This document shows, one piece after another, positions 15,934 to 30,320 of a stretch of 64,000 nt of DNA. The DNA comes from Macrostomum lignano. Taxonomy: Eukaryota. A model generated the notes under the pieces. It saw only the letters and a program-made list of their open reading frames with translations. It did not search any database and was not told the origin of the DNA. A program made the translations under genes and the position numbers. Position 1 is the first letter of the stretch; each line of letters begins with the position of its first letter. The stretch spans positions 310,001-374,000 of the forward strand of contig NIVC01000095.1 of assembly GCA_002269645.1 (NCBI GenBank). Direction: 5' to 3'.

Positions 15934-18900
15934 CCTGAGTAAGGTCTGATAGAATCCCGAGTGAGGTCTGATAGAATCCTGAGTAAGGTCTGATAGAATC
16001 CTGAGTGAGGTCTGATAGAATCCTGAGTAAAGGTCTGATAGAATCCTGGGTTAAGGTCTGATAGAATCCTGAGTGAGGTCTGATAGAATCCTGAGTAAGG
16101 TCTGATAGAATCCTGAGTAAGGTCTGATAGAATCCTGAGTAAGGAAAGGTCTGATAGAATCCTGAGTAAGGTCTGATAGAATCCTGAGTGAGGTCTGATA
16201 GAATCCTGAGTAAGTAAAGGTCTGATAGAATCCTGAGTAAAGGTCTGATAGAATCCTGGGTTAAGGTCTGATAGAATCCTGAGTGAGGTCTGATAGAATC
16301 CTGAGTAAGGTCTGATAGAATCCTGAGTAAGGTCTGATAGAATCCTGAGTAAGGGTCTGATAGAATCCTGAGTAAGGTCTGATAGAATCCTGAGTGAGGT
16401 CTGATAGAATCCTGAGTAAGTAAAGGTCTGATAGAATCCCGAGTGAGGTCTGATAGAATCCTGAGTAAGATCTGATAGAATCCTGAGTAAGGTCTGATAG
16501 AATCCTGAGTGAGGTCTGATAGAATCCTGAGTGAGGTCTGATAGAATCCTGAGTGAGGTCTGATAGAATCCTGAGTGAGGTCTGATAGAATCCGAGAGGT
16601 CTGATAGAATCCTGAGTTAAGGTCTGATAGAATCCCGAGTGAGGTCTGATAGAATCGTGAGTAAGGTCTGATAGAATCCTGAGTAAGGTCTGATAGAATC
16701 CTGAGTAAGGTCTGATAGAATCCCGAGTGAGGTCTGATAGAATCCTGAGTAAAGGTCTGATAGAATCCTGAGTGAGGTCTGATAGAATCCTGAGTAAGGT
16801 CTGATAGAATCCTGAGTAAGGTCTGATAGAATCCTGAGTAAGGAAAGGTCTGATAGAATCCTGAGTAAGGTCTGATAGAATCCTGAGTGAGGTCTGATAG
16901 AATCCTGAGTAAGTAAAGGTCTGATAGAATCCTGAGTAAGGTCTGATAGAATCCTGAGTTAAGGTCTGATAGAATCCTGAGTGAGGTCTGATAGAATCCT
17001 GAGTAAGGTCTGATAGAATCCTGAGTAAGGTCTGATAGAATCCTGAGTAAGGAAAGGTCTGATAGAATCCTGAGTAAGGTCTGATAGAATCCTGAGTGAG
17101 GTCTGATAGAATCCTGAGTAAGTAAAGGTCTGATAGAATCCCGAGTGAGGTCTGATAGAATCCTGAGTAAGATCTGATAGAATCCTGAGTAAGGTCTGAT
17201 AGAATCCTGAGTGAGGTCTGATAGAATCCTGAGTGAGGTCTGATAGAATCCTGAGTGAGGTCTGATGGAATCCTGAGTGAGGTCTGATAGAATCCCGATT
17301 GAGGTCTGATAGAATCCTGAGTTAAGGTCTGATAGAATCCCGAGTGAGGTCTGATAGAATCGTGAGTAAGGTCTGATAGAATCCTGAGTAAGGTCTGATA
17401 GAATCCTGAGTAAGGTCTGATAGAATCCCGAGTGAGGTCTGATAGAATCCTGAGTAAAGGTCTGATAGAATCCTGAGTAAGGTCTGATAGAATCCTGAGT
17501 AAGGTCTGATAGAATCCTGAGTGAGGTCTGATAGAATCCGAGAGGTCTGATAGAATCCTGAGTTAAGGTCTGATAGAATCCGAGTGAGGTCTGATAGAAT
17601 CCTGAGTAAGGTCTGATAGAATCCTGAGTAAGGTCTGATAGAATCCTGAGTAAGGTCTGATAGAATCCTGAGTGAGGTCTGATAGAATCCTGAGTAAGGT
17701 CTGATAGAATCCTGAGTAAGGTCTGATAGAATCCTGAGTGAGGTCTGATAGAATCCTGAGTAAGGTCTGATAGAATCCTGAGTAAGGTCTGATAGAATCC
17801 TGAGTAAGGAAAGGTCTGATAGAATCCTGAGTAAGGTCTGATAGAATCCTGAGTGAGGTCTGATAGAATCCTGAGTAAGGTCTGATAGAATCCTGAGTAA
17901 GGTCTGATAGAATCCTGAGTAAGGTCTGATAGAATCCTGAGTAAGGAAAGGTCTGATAGAATCCTGAGTAAGGTCTGATAGAATCCTGAGTGAGGTCTGA
18001 TAGAATCCTGAGTAAGTAAAGGTCTGATAGAATCCTGAGTAAGGTCTGATAGAATCCTGAGTAAGGTCTGATAGAATCCTGAGTAAGGTCTGATAGAATC
18101 CTGAGTAAGGTCTGATAGAATCCTGAGTAAAGGTCTGATAGAATCCTGGGTTAAGGTCTGATAGAATCCTGAGTGAGGTCTGATAGAATCCTGAGTAAGG
18201 TCTGATAGAATCCTGAGTAAGGTCTGATAGAATCCTGAGTAAGGTCTGATAGAATCCTGAGTAAGGAAAGGTCTGATAGAATCCTGAGTAAAGGTCTGAT
18301 AGAATCCTGGGTTAAGGTCTGATAGAATCCTGAGTGAGGTCTGATAGAATCCTGAGTAAGGTCTGATAGAATCCTAAGTAAGGTTTGATAAAAACCTGAG
18401 TAAGGAAAGGTCTGATAGAATCCTGAGTGAGGTCTGATAGAATCCTGAGTAAGGTCTGATAGAATCCTAAGTAAGGTCTGATAGAATCCTGAGTAAGGAA
18501 AGGTCTGATAGAATCCTGAGTAAGGTCTGATAGAATCCTGAGTGAGGTCTGATAGAATCCTGAGTGAGGTCTGATAGAATCCTGAGTGAGGTCTGATAGA
18601 ATCCTGAGTAAGGTCTGATAGAATCCTGAGTAAAGGTCTGATAGAATCCTGAGTAAGGTCTGATAGAATCCTGAGTGAGGTCTGATAGAATCCTGAGTGA
18701 GGTCTGATAGAATCCTGAGTGAGGTCTGATGGAATCCTGAGTGAGGTCTGATAGAATCCCGATTGAGGTCTGATAGAATCCTGAGTTAAGGTCTGATAGA
18801 ATCCCGAGTGAGGTCTGATAGAATCCTGAGTAAGGTCTGATAGAATCCTGAGTAAGGTCTGATAGAATCCTGAGTAAGGTCTGATAGAATCCTGAGTGAG

Positions 18901-21900
18901 GTCTGATAGAATCCTGAGTAAGGTCTGATAGAATCCTGAGTGAGGTCTGATAGAATCCTGAGTAAGGTCTGATAGAATCCTGAGTGAGGTCTGATAGAAT
19001 CCTGATAGGTCTGATAGAATCCTGAGTAAGGTCTGATAGAATCCGAGTGAGGTCTGATAGAATCCTGAGTAAGGTCTGATAGAATCCTGAGTAAGGTCTG
19101 ATAGAATCCTGAGTAAGGTCTGATAGAATCCTGAGTGAGGTCTGATAGAATCCTGAGTAAGGTCTGATAGAATCCTGAGTAAGGTCTGATAGAATCCTGA
19201 GTAAGGTCTGATAGAATCCTGAGTAAGGTCTGATAGAATCCTGAGTAAGGTCTGATAGAATCCTGAGTAAGGTCTGATAGAATCCTGAGTAAGGTCTGAT
19301 AGAATCCTGAGTGAAGGTCTGATAGAATCCTGAGTAAGGTCTGATAGAATCCTGAGTAAGGTCTGATAGAATCCTGAGTAAGGTCTGATAGAATCCTGAG
19401 TAAGGTCTGATAGAATCCTGAGTAAGGTCTGATAGAATCCTGAGTAGGTCTGATAGAATCCTGAGTAAGGTCTGATAGAATCCTGAGTAAGGTCTGATAG
19501 AATCCTGAGTAAGGTCTGATAGAATCCTGAGTAAGGTCTGATAGAATCCTGAGTAAGGTCTGATAGAATCCTGAGTAAGGTCTGATAGAATCCTGAGTAA
19601 GGTCTGATAGAATCCTGAGTAAGGTCTGATAGAATCCTGAGTAAGGTCTGATAGAATCCTGAGTAAGGTCTGATAGAATCCTGAGTAAGGTCTGATAGAA
19701 TCCTGAGTAAGGTCTGATAGAATCCTGAGTAAGGTCTGATAGAATCCTGAGTAAGGTCTGATAGAATCCTGAGTGAGGTCTGATAGAATCCTGAGTAAGG
19801 TCTGATAGAATCCTAGTAAGGTCTGATAGAATCCTGAGTAAGGAAAGGTCTGATAGAATCCTGAGTGAGGTCTGATAGAATCCTGAGTAAGGTCTGATAG
19901 AATCCTGAGTAAGGTCTGATAGAATCCTGAGTAAGAAAGGTCTGATAGAATCCTGAGTAAGGTCTGATAGAATCCTGAGTAGGTCTGATAGAATCCTGAG
20001 TAAGGTCTGATAGAATCCTGAGTGAGGTCTGATAGAATCCTGAGTAAGGTCTGATAGAATCCTGAGTAAGGTCTGATAGAATCCTGAGTAAGGTCTGATA
20101 GAATCCTGAGTGAGGTCTGATAGAATCCTGAGTAAGGTCTGATAGAATCCTGAGTAAGGTCTGATAGAATCCTGAGTAAGGTCTGATAGAATCCTGAGTG
20201 AGGTCTGATAGAATCCTGAGTAAGGTCTGATAGAATCCTGAGTAAGGTCTGATAGAATCCTGAGTAAGGGTCTGATAGAATCCTGAGTAAGGTCTGATAG
20301 AATCCTGAGTAAGGGTCTGATAGAATCCTGAGTAAGGTCTGATAGAATCCTGAGTGAGGTCTGATAGAATCCTGAGTAAGGTCTGATAGAATCCTGAGTA
20401 AGGTCTGATAGAATCCTGAGTAAGGTCTGATAGAATCCTGAGTGAGGTCTGATAGAATCCTGAGTAAGGTCTGATAGAATCCTGAGTAAGGTCTGATAGA
20501 ATCCTGAGTAAGGTCTGATAGAATCCTGAGTGAGGTCTGATAGAATCCTGAGTAAGGTCTGATAGAATCCTGAGTAAAGGTCTGATAGAATCCTGAGTAA
20601 GGTCTGATAGAATCCTGAGTGAGGTCTGATAGAATCCTGAGTAAGGTCTGATAGAATCCTGAGTAAGGTCTGATAGAATCCTGAGTAAGGTCTGATAGAA
20701 TCCTGAGTAAGGTCTGATAGAATCCTGAGTAAGGTCTGATAGAATCCTGAGTAAGTAAAGGTCTGATAGAATCCTGAGTAAGGTCTGATAGAATCCTGAG
20801 TAAGTAAAGGTCTGATAGAATCCTGAGTAAGGTCTGATAGAATCCTGAGTGAGGTCTGATAGAATCCTGAGTAAAGGTCTGATAGAATCCTGAGTAAGGT
20901 CTGATAGAATCCTGAGTAAGGTCTGATAGAATCCTGAGTGAGGTCTGATAGAATCCTGAGTAAGGTCTGATAGAATCCTGAGTAAGGTCTGATAGAATCC
21001 TGAGTGAAGGTCTGATAGAATCCTGAGTAAGGTCTGATAGAATCCTGAGTAAGGTCTGATAGAATCCTGAGTAAGAGGTCTGATAGAATCCTGAGTGAGG
21101 TCTGATAGAATCCTGAGTAAGGTCTGATAGAATCCTGAGTAAGGTCTGATAGAATCCTGAGTAAGGTCTGATAGAATCCTGAGTGAGGTCTGATAGAATC
21201 CTGAGTGAAGGTCTGATAGAATCCTGAGTAGGTCTGATAGAATCCTGAGTAAGGTCTGATAGAATCCTGAGTGAGGTCTGATAGAATCCTGAGTAAGGTC
21301 TGATAGAATCCTGAGTAAGGTCTGATAGAATCCTGAGTAAGGTCTGATAGAATCCTGAGTGAGGTCTGATAGAATCCTGAGTAAGGTCTGATAGAATCCT
21401 GAGTGAGGTCTGATAGAATCCTGAGTAAGGTCTGATAGAATCCTGAGTAAGGGTCTGATAGAATCCTGAGTAAGGTCTGATAGAATCCTGAGTGAGGTCT
21501 GATAGAATCCTGAGTAAGGGTCTGATAGAATCCTGAGTAAGGTCTGATAGAATCCTGAGTAAGGTCTGATAGAATCCTGAGTGAGGTCTGATAGAATCCT
21601 GAGTAAGGTCTGATAGAATCCTGAGTAAGAGGTCTGATAGAATCCTGAGTAAGGTCTGATAGAATCCTGAGTGAGGTCTGATAGAATCCTGAGTGAGGTC
21701 TGATAGAATCCTGAGTGAGGTCTGATAGAATCCTGAGTAAGAGGTCTGATAGAATCCTGAGTAAGGTCTGATAGAATCCTGAGTGAGGTCTGATAGAATC
21801 CTGAGTAGGTCTGATAGAATCCTGAGTGAGGTCTGATAGAATCCTGAGTGAGGTCTGATAGAATCCTGAGTAAGGTCTGATAGAATCCTGAGTAAGGTCT

Positions 21901-24900
21901 GATAGAATCCTGAGTGAGGTCTGATAGAATCCTGAGTAAGGTCTGATAGAATCCTGAGTAAGGTCTGATAGAATCCTGAGTAAGGTCTGATAGAATCCTG
22001 AGTGAGGTCTGATAGAATCCTGAGTAAGGTCTGATAGAATCCTGAGTAAGGTCTGATAGAATCCTGAGTAAGGTCTGATAGAATCCTGAGTAAGGTCTGA
22101 TAGAATCCTGAGTAAGGTCTGATAGAATCCTGAGTAAGGTCTGATAGAATCCTGAGTAAGGTCTGATAGAATCCTGAGTAAGGTCTGATAGAATCCTGAG
22201 TAAGGTCTGATAGAATCCTGAGTAAGGTCTGATAGAATCCTGAGTAAGGTCTGATAGAATCCTGAGTAAGGTCTGATAGAATCCTGAGTAAGGTCTGATA
22301 GAATCCTGAGTAAGGTCTGATAGAATCCTGAGTAAGGTCTGATAGAATCCTGAGTAAGGTCTGATAGAATCCTGAGTAAGGTCTGATAGAATCCTGAGTA
22401 AGGTCTGATAGAATCCTGAGTAAGGTCTGATAGAATCCTGAGTAAGGTCTGATAGAATCCTGAGTAAGGTCTGATAGAATCCTGAGTAAGGTCTGATAGA
22501 ATCCTGAGTAAAGGTCTGATAGAATCCTGAGTAAGGTCTGATAGAATCCTGAGTAAGGTCTGATAGAATCCTGAGTAAGGTCTGATAGAATCCTGAGTAA
22601 GGTCTGATAGAATCCTGAGTAAGGTCTGATAGAATCCTGAGTAAGGTCTGATAGAATCCTGAGTAAGGTCTGATAGAATCCTGAGTAAGGTCTGATAGAA
22701 TCCTGAGTAAGGTCTGATAGAATCCTGAGTAAGGTCTGATAGAATCCTGAGTAAGGTCTGATAGAATCCTGAGTAAGGTCTGATAGAATCCTGAGTAAGG
22801 TCTGATAGAATCCTGAGTAAGGTCTGATAGAATCCTGAGTAAGGTCTGATAGAATCCTGAGTAAGGTCTGATAGAATCCTGAGTAAGGTCTGATAGAATC
22901 CTGAGTAAGGTCTGATAGAATCCTGAGTAAGGTCTGATAGAATCCTGAGTAAGGTCTGATAGAATCCTGAGTAAGGTCTGATAGAATCCTGAGTAAGGTC
23001 TGATAGAATCCTGAGTAAGGTCTGATAGAATCCTGAGTAAGGGTCTGATAGAATCCTGAGTAAGGTCTGATAGAATCCTGAGTAAGGTCTGATAGAATCC
23101 TGAGTAAGGTCTGATAGAATCCTGAGTAAGGTCTGATAGAATCCTGAGTAAGGTCTGATAGAATCCTGAGTAAGGTCTGATAGAATCCTGAGTAAGGTCT
23201 GATAGAATCCTGAGTAAGGTCTGATAGAATCCTGAGTGAGGTCTGATAGAATCCTGAGTAAGGTCTGATAGAATCCTGAGTAAGGTCTGATAGAATCCTG
23301 AGTAAGGTCTGATAGAATCCTGAGTAAGGTCTGATAGAATCCTGAGTGAGGTCTGATAGAATCCTGAGTAAGGTCTGATAGAATCCTGAGTAAGGTCTGA
23401 TAGAATCCTGAGTAAGGTCTGATAGAATCCTGAGTAAGGTCTGATAGAATCCTGAGTAAGGTCTGATAGAATCCTGAGTAAGGTCTGATAGAATCCTGAG
23501 TAAGGTCTGATAGAATCCTGAGTAAGGTCTGATAGAATCCTGAGTAAGGTCTGATAGAATCCTGAGTAGGTCTGATAGAATCCTGAGTGAGGTCTGATAG
23601 AATCCTGAGTAAGGTCTGATAGAATCCTGAGTGAGGTCTGATAGAATCCTGAGTAAGGTCTGATAGAATCCTGAGTAAGGTCTGATAGAATCCTGAGTGA
23701 GGTCTGATAGAATCCTGAGTAAGGTCTGATAGAATCCTGAGTAAGGTCTGATAGAATCCTGAGTAAGGTCTGATAGAATCCTGAGTAAGGTCTGATAGAA
23801 TCCTGAGTGAGGTCTGATAGAATCCTGAGTAAGGTCTGATAGAATCCTGAGTAAGGTCTGATAGAATCCTGAGTAAGGTCTGATAGAATCCTGAGTAAGG
23901 TCTGATAGAATCCTGAGTGAGGTCTGATAGAATCCTGAGTAAGGTCTGATAGAATCCTGAGTAAGGTCTGATAGAATCCTGAGTGAGGTCTGATAGAATC
24001 CTGAGTAAGGTCTGATAGAATCCTGAGTAAGGTCTGATAGAATCCTGAGTAGGTCTGATAGAATCCTGAGTAAGGTCTGATAGAATCCTGAGTAAGGTCT
24101 GATAGAATCCTGAGTAAGGTCTGATAGAATCCTGAGTAAGGTCTGATAGAATCCTGAGTGAGGTCTGATAGAATCCTGAGTAAGGTCTGATAGAATCCTG
24201 AGTAAGGTCTGATAGAATCCTGAGTAAGGTCTGATAGAATCCTGAGTAAGGTCTGATAGAATCCTGAGTGAGGTCTGATAGAATCCTGAGTAAGGTCTGA
24301 TAGAATCCTGAGTAAGGTCTGATAGAATCCTGAGTAAGGTCTGATAGAATCCTGAGTAAGGTCTGATAGAATCCTGAGTAAGGTCTGATAGAATCCTGAG
24401 TAAGGTCTGATAGAATCCTGAGTAAGGTCTGATAGAATCCTGAGTGAGGTCTGATAGAATCCTGAGTAAGGTCTGATAGAATCCTGAGTAAGGTCTGATA
24501 GAATCCTGAGTAAGGTCTGATAGAATCCTGAGTAAGGTCTGATAGAATCCTGAGTAAGGTCTGATAGAATCCTGAGTGAGGTCTGATAGAATCCTGAGTA
24601 AGGTCTGATAGAATCCTGAGTAAGGTCTGATAGAATCCTGAGTGGGTCTGATAGAATCCTGAGTAAGGTCTGATAGAATCCTGAGTGAGGTCTGATAGAA
24701 TCCTGAGTAAGGTCTGATAGAATCCTGAGTAAGGTCTGATAGAATCCTGAGTAAGGTCTGATAGAATCCTGAGTAAGGTCTGATAGAATCCTGAGTAAGG
24801 TCTGATAGAATCCTGAGTGAGGTCTGATAGAATCCTGAGTAAGGTCTGATAGAATCCTGAGTAAGGTCTGATAGAATCCTGAGTGAGGTCTGATAGAATC

Positions 24901-25753
24901 CTGAGTGAGGTCTGATAGAATCCTGAGTAAGGTCTGATAGAATCCTGAGTAGGTCTGATAGAATCCTGAGTAAGGTCTGATAGAATCCTGAGTAAGGTCT
25001 GATAGAATCCTGAGTGAGGTCTGATAGAATCCTGAGTAAGGTCTGATAGAATCCTGAGTAAGGTCTGATAGAATCCTGAGTAAGGTCTGATAGAATCCTG
25101 AGTAAGGTCTGATAGAATCCTGAGTAAGGTCTGATAGAATCCTGAGTAAGGTCTGATAGAATCCTGAGTAAGGTCTGATAGAATCCTGAGTAAGGTCTGA
25201 TAGAATCCTGAGTAAGGTCTGATAGAATCCTGAGTGAGGTCTGATAGAATCCTGAGTAAGGTCTGATAGAATCCTGAGTAAGGTCTGATAGAATCCTGAG
25301 TAGGTCTGATAGAATCCTGAGAGGTCTGATAGAATCCTGAGTAAGGTCTGATAGAATCCCGAGTGAGGTCTGATAGAATCCTGAGTAAGGTCTGATAGAA
25401 TCCTGAGTAAGGTCTGATAGAATCCTGAGTAAGGTCTGATAGAATCCTGAGTAAGGTCTGATAGAATCCTGAGTAAGGTCTGATAGAATCCTGAGTGAGG
25501 TCTGATAGAATCCTGAGTAAGGTCTGATAGAATCCTGAGTAAGGTCTGATAGAATCCTGAGTAAGGTCTGATAGAATCCTGAGTAGGTCTGATAGAATCC
25601 TGAGTAAGGTCTGATAGAATCCTGAGTAGGTCTGATAGAATCCTGAGTAAGGTCTGATAGAATCCTGAGTGAGGTCTGATAGAATCCTGAGTAAGGTCTG
25701 ATAGAATCCTGAGTGAGGTCTGATAGAATCCTGAGTGAGGTCTGATAGAATCC
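15934..25753. repeat. 9.8-kb satellite, 22-bp unit AGGTCTGATAGAATCCTGAGTR
   Basis: About 445 tandem units, small indel variants, more diverged 5' third. Confidence 0.99.
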
Positions 25754-27169
25754 AAAAGAAACTAAATATACGGAACAACCTTAAGAGCCCAGAGAAAAGT
25801 TTGAGAATAAGAGACATCGACAAAAATATCTGGCTTTCGGTTGCAGATGATAAGCAGGTAGCAAGTAGCAAATCTCCAATTAGAAAATTAACATACTGAT
25901 GATCAGTGACGACTTTGGTATATTTATTTGGCTTATCATTGCTCGCTAATGACAACTGCACAAGGCAAAGTCTTATGAACACGCGAAAATCCTAGTTGCC
26001 AAGGTATGGCCATGACTTCTCCTCTCGGACACAACCGGTTTGAAAATTGATGGGCCACGAATTTTCAGTTTCGGGCCGTGTGCGGGGGGAGGCGGAGCCG
26101 TCAGGAAGGCAGAGAAAGGTAGGTGGTAGACGCGCAGAGTGGCTTTTGGCAGCGGTTTCTCGGCAACCCAGCTTAGAAACCTCCTTACCTCAGTGGCAAT
26201 GCAAAGTGGTCAGTGATAAACGAGCAATGACACGGGGAACAGACAGGCGGGCAGACAGGCGGGCAGACAGGCATACATGTAGACAGATCCGCTAAGTTCG
26301 AAAGTCACAACTTAAGAATGAAGAGAACGGGGCCACTATCTCTTATGGGCCCCATTAGTAAGGCTGCATGGGGTTGACATTCCTGTTATAATAAGATATT
26401 CTGCGGCCTTAGAGACGGAGTTATAGAGGCGGATTTCTGGTCTGTCTAGTTTGGCCCCAGCGTCCGGTGTTAAAAGTTGTTAAGCTGTTAAGTGGCTTAG
26501 CAGCAGCCCCATTAGGTGTATTTGTTTTGGAAGAGGCAAGCAAAGGAATTAGTGTGGTCAGAAGACTAGCTAGTGGCCTATTAGCTCCTCGTCATAAATT
26601 GCTTGGCCTCTGCTTGGATTGCTTGCGCGACAGTCTAAATGGGTCCGGGAACCCACACACAACACATGCACACCTCTACGGATGAGGGAAGAGTGGGGGA
26701 GAGTGGAGTGAGGAAACAGTTTAAGAGATAAATAAAAGAAAAAAGGGGGAGGAGAATTAGGGGGGAGGGCGGTCACAGATGTCAAAAGCGCCGAGGGGGG
26801 CCTTGTTAGACACCTGGTGTGAATCCATCAAAACTTTGAAATCCTTCCCCGTGTGGTGGGCGGCCCGCTGCTTGCCTTCCTACCTTCCTGCTTTCTCGAC
26901 TGGCGCTAAAACGATTCGAAAAAATCCGCAGTCCAAGATAAAGAATTCGAGTTGTGTCTTCGAGTTGGGGAGTTGCCGTTAAAATTGAGTTTAAATATGT
27001 ATTTTAATCGCCTCAACTTCTTTACTTTCTTAGAATTTATGCATAGCTTGCTACCTTAATTTCAAAGGCTTTTAAGATCTTAAACCTATTTTGAAAATAT
27101 TTCAAGCAACAACGATATCACTGTAATACGACAAAAAGCTTGTCATCCTGAATGTTTATAAAAGTTATT

Positions 27170-27669
27170 GGGCGCCAGCACCGGGGGCGCCAGCACCGGG
27201 GGCGCCAGCACCGGGGGCGCCAGCACCGGGGGCGCCAGCACCAGGGGCGCCAGCACCGGGGGCGCCAGCACCGGGGGCGCCAGCACCAGGGGCGCCAGCA
27301 CCGGGGGCGCCAGCACCGGGGGCGCCAGCACCGGGGGCGCCAGCACCGGGGGCGCCAGCACCGGGGGCGCCAGCACCGGGGGCGCCAGCACCGGGGGCGC
27401 CAGCACCGGGGGCGCCAGCACCGGGGGCGCCAGCACCGGGGGCGCCAGCACCGGGGGCGCCAGCACCGGGGGCTCCAGCACCGGGGCGCCAGCACCAGGG
27501 GCGCCAGCACCGGGGGCGCCAGCACCGGGGCGCCAGCACCGGGGGCGCTAGCACCGGGGGCGCCAGCACCGGGGGCGCCAGCACCAGGGGCGCCAGCACC
27601 GGGGCGCCAGCACCGGGGGCGCCAGCACCGGGGCGCCAGCACCGGGGGCGCCAGCACCGGGGGCGCCAG
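27170..27669. repeat. 15-bp GC-rich minisatellite (GGCGCCAGCACCRGG)n, reverse complement of the arrays at 30321 and 32359
   Basis: About 33 units. Confidence 0.97.
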
Positions 27670-28751
27670 TCTGCTGACATGCTGAGTGCTTTTACATTTT
27701 TTAATTACGCTAGAATTTTACATCCATAATATTTTTAAAAAAATTTCAATGAAAGTTTGGTCAGATAAATTTCACTGAAACTACGTGAAGAAACTCACAG
27801 AAGTTTTCAGTTGTCAGACAGAAAATTTCGATAAGGCCTAATTTCAACATTGGACAAAACTGTCCCTTTCTAATAACCGGAGCGAGCTAAGAGAGCCCGG
27901 GCCATCTTGACCATTTGTCAAATTTGTCCAAACTCGCTCGGGCGCAAAAGTGAGCTAAAATTATAAGCTTCTTGGGATATGAAAGGAAAATTGGAGGATA
28001 ATGTTGCATGGGTTCAGACAATTTCAACAATGAGTGTCTGCGCGACAGGCATCCGATTAAAATGCCGGACAAGAGAAGTCGCTTTGCGCCGGAACCCTTT
28101 AAAAAAGGTCTTTGTTTTCCAAAGGCACTAAATCTGGTCATTTCAAAAACTAAGAATTCCTGTTTTCTCCCATTTTACTCCTCAGGTGAACATGTTTTTA
28201 CGACAACTGCGTTAAGTTCCTATCGCCGCGCTTTTAAGTGCCTCAACCCCTATGCAGCATTCTCGAGTGAATTGCTCTTTAAAGGCACGGCCAGCAAAAA
28301 TAACTGATGACGATTGAACAATTGCAGACAGCTGTCGGGACCTTGCAGTTTGGAAACTGTTCCTCCGCCCGCTGCACCCGCCGCGATCAAACTGATGGGA
28401 GGAGTCGGCGGCCTGCAACAAACATTTTCTTTATTCATGCAACCATTTTTATCGGCTGGTGTGTGTTTCCGTTTGCAGCTTCGGTTAGCAACCGATCGTT
28501 TGCAGCTATACCGTCCATCCGAGCTTCTGAAAGCAGCAATTAAAACTGCATAATTGATCAGTCAGTGTCTCTGACCTGTTACAGCAGCGGTCATTATAAT
28601 CCAACTGTTGTTTTTTTTCAGAATTCCTAAGATGCTTCTGTGGTATAACCCTTAAACACTTCTGCTTTGACCCAGACGGGTAAGGTTAACTGGCTGACTC
28701 TCGCGCCACGGTCCCTGATTCGCAATCAGACAGAATTAGACACACAGGCAA

Positions 28752-29343
<592 letters not shown>

Positions 29344-29357
<14 letters not shown>

Positions 29358-30320
29358 CGGGCAGTCTGTAGACATGCATTCTCTCGTCCATGCAGCTTGA
29401 ATTGGTGACATTGTCCGGGCAGAGAAGCTAAAAGAGAATTGAGCAGATTTGATAAAATGAAGGCCTGACTAAGAGACAGACACAGCGGGCGAGTGTTCAA
29501 AGTAGGCTTAGCGGAGAAAGTGAGAAGAAGGGATCAGCGAAGTCTAAGGATAAGGCTAGCTAGATCGCGATGGCTCGATTCTGGAGTCCCCTAGTCGGTC
29601 CAACAGCGTCCATCCACCCGCCTGTGTGCCTCATTAGCGAGTAGTAATTTCCTGGATCAATTGGCTGAGTGATTGATTGTGTGACTGCGGCTTGCTTGCG
29701 TGAAAACTTTGTCAAGTCCTAATATGTATCTATAGCGGTCCGCGGTGGGTGGTGTGGATAGAGAACTCCCATCTGGTTTCTCTTCAGCTGGGAACCATTT
29801 ACTGTGTGCTCAGCGCCTATAGATAGCTCATCTAGGCCAGATTAAGTCAGGATTAATACATCATTTTAGTCTCTTTCCCTTCTCCTTACTTATGTAGCCA
29901 CTAGCAGCTGTCTTTTGCTTTCTTGTCTACCAGCTCATCCGGAGGAACCTCCGCGAGCTGCTATCCTCCGGCGGTTGGCTGTTTTGGCTACTCAATTCCA
30001 CTCTCCGTTGCAATATGCAGCAGAATCGGAATCCCGTTAGACACTCCCATAGCAAACTCACTTGTGCTGAGTCCAGGATTGGTCAGCTTTGGGTGGTATT
30101 TACACGCAATTGGCAGTCTCGATCATCTGACAGATTGAGACTCGCGACATGATAGAGAAAGCTCAGCGCCCGAGCTGGGAACCGAAGTCAGTGTATAGAA
30201 GGATGGTTAAACCGCATTACCATATTTTTGTGGTCAAGTTTTTTAATTAACGTAGTATAAACTCATTCGATAGTAAACTTATTTTTCAACATGCCGGTTA
30301 CATCAAGATCAGGGGTGGCC
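29344..30320. repeat. Unique ~977-bp segment X, copy 1 of a tandem duplication
   Basis: Matches 31381-32358 except one 1-bp indel and one substitution that I could find. Confidence 0.95.

Noticed and set aside
15934-25753. CRISPR-like appearance of regular short repeats
   Set aside because: Units are head-to-tail with no unique spacers, no cas genes, and the context is eukaryotic; the same applies to every array in the window
18786-25982. 2398-aa and 1980-aa minus-strand ORFs (TQDSIRPYSGFYQTLLRILSDL repeats)
   Set aside because: The reverse complement of the 22-bp unit has no stop in any frame, so long ORFs are automatic; frequent non-triplet indels show no frame constraint; the first ORF starts at GTG
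26047-26982. Short ORFs right of the satellite
   Set aside because: No consistent splice phases or recognisable domain; may be old repeat sequence
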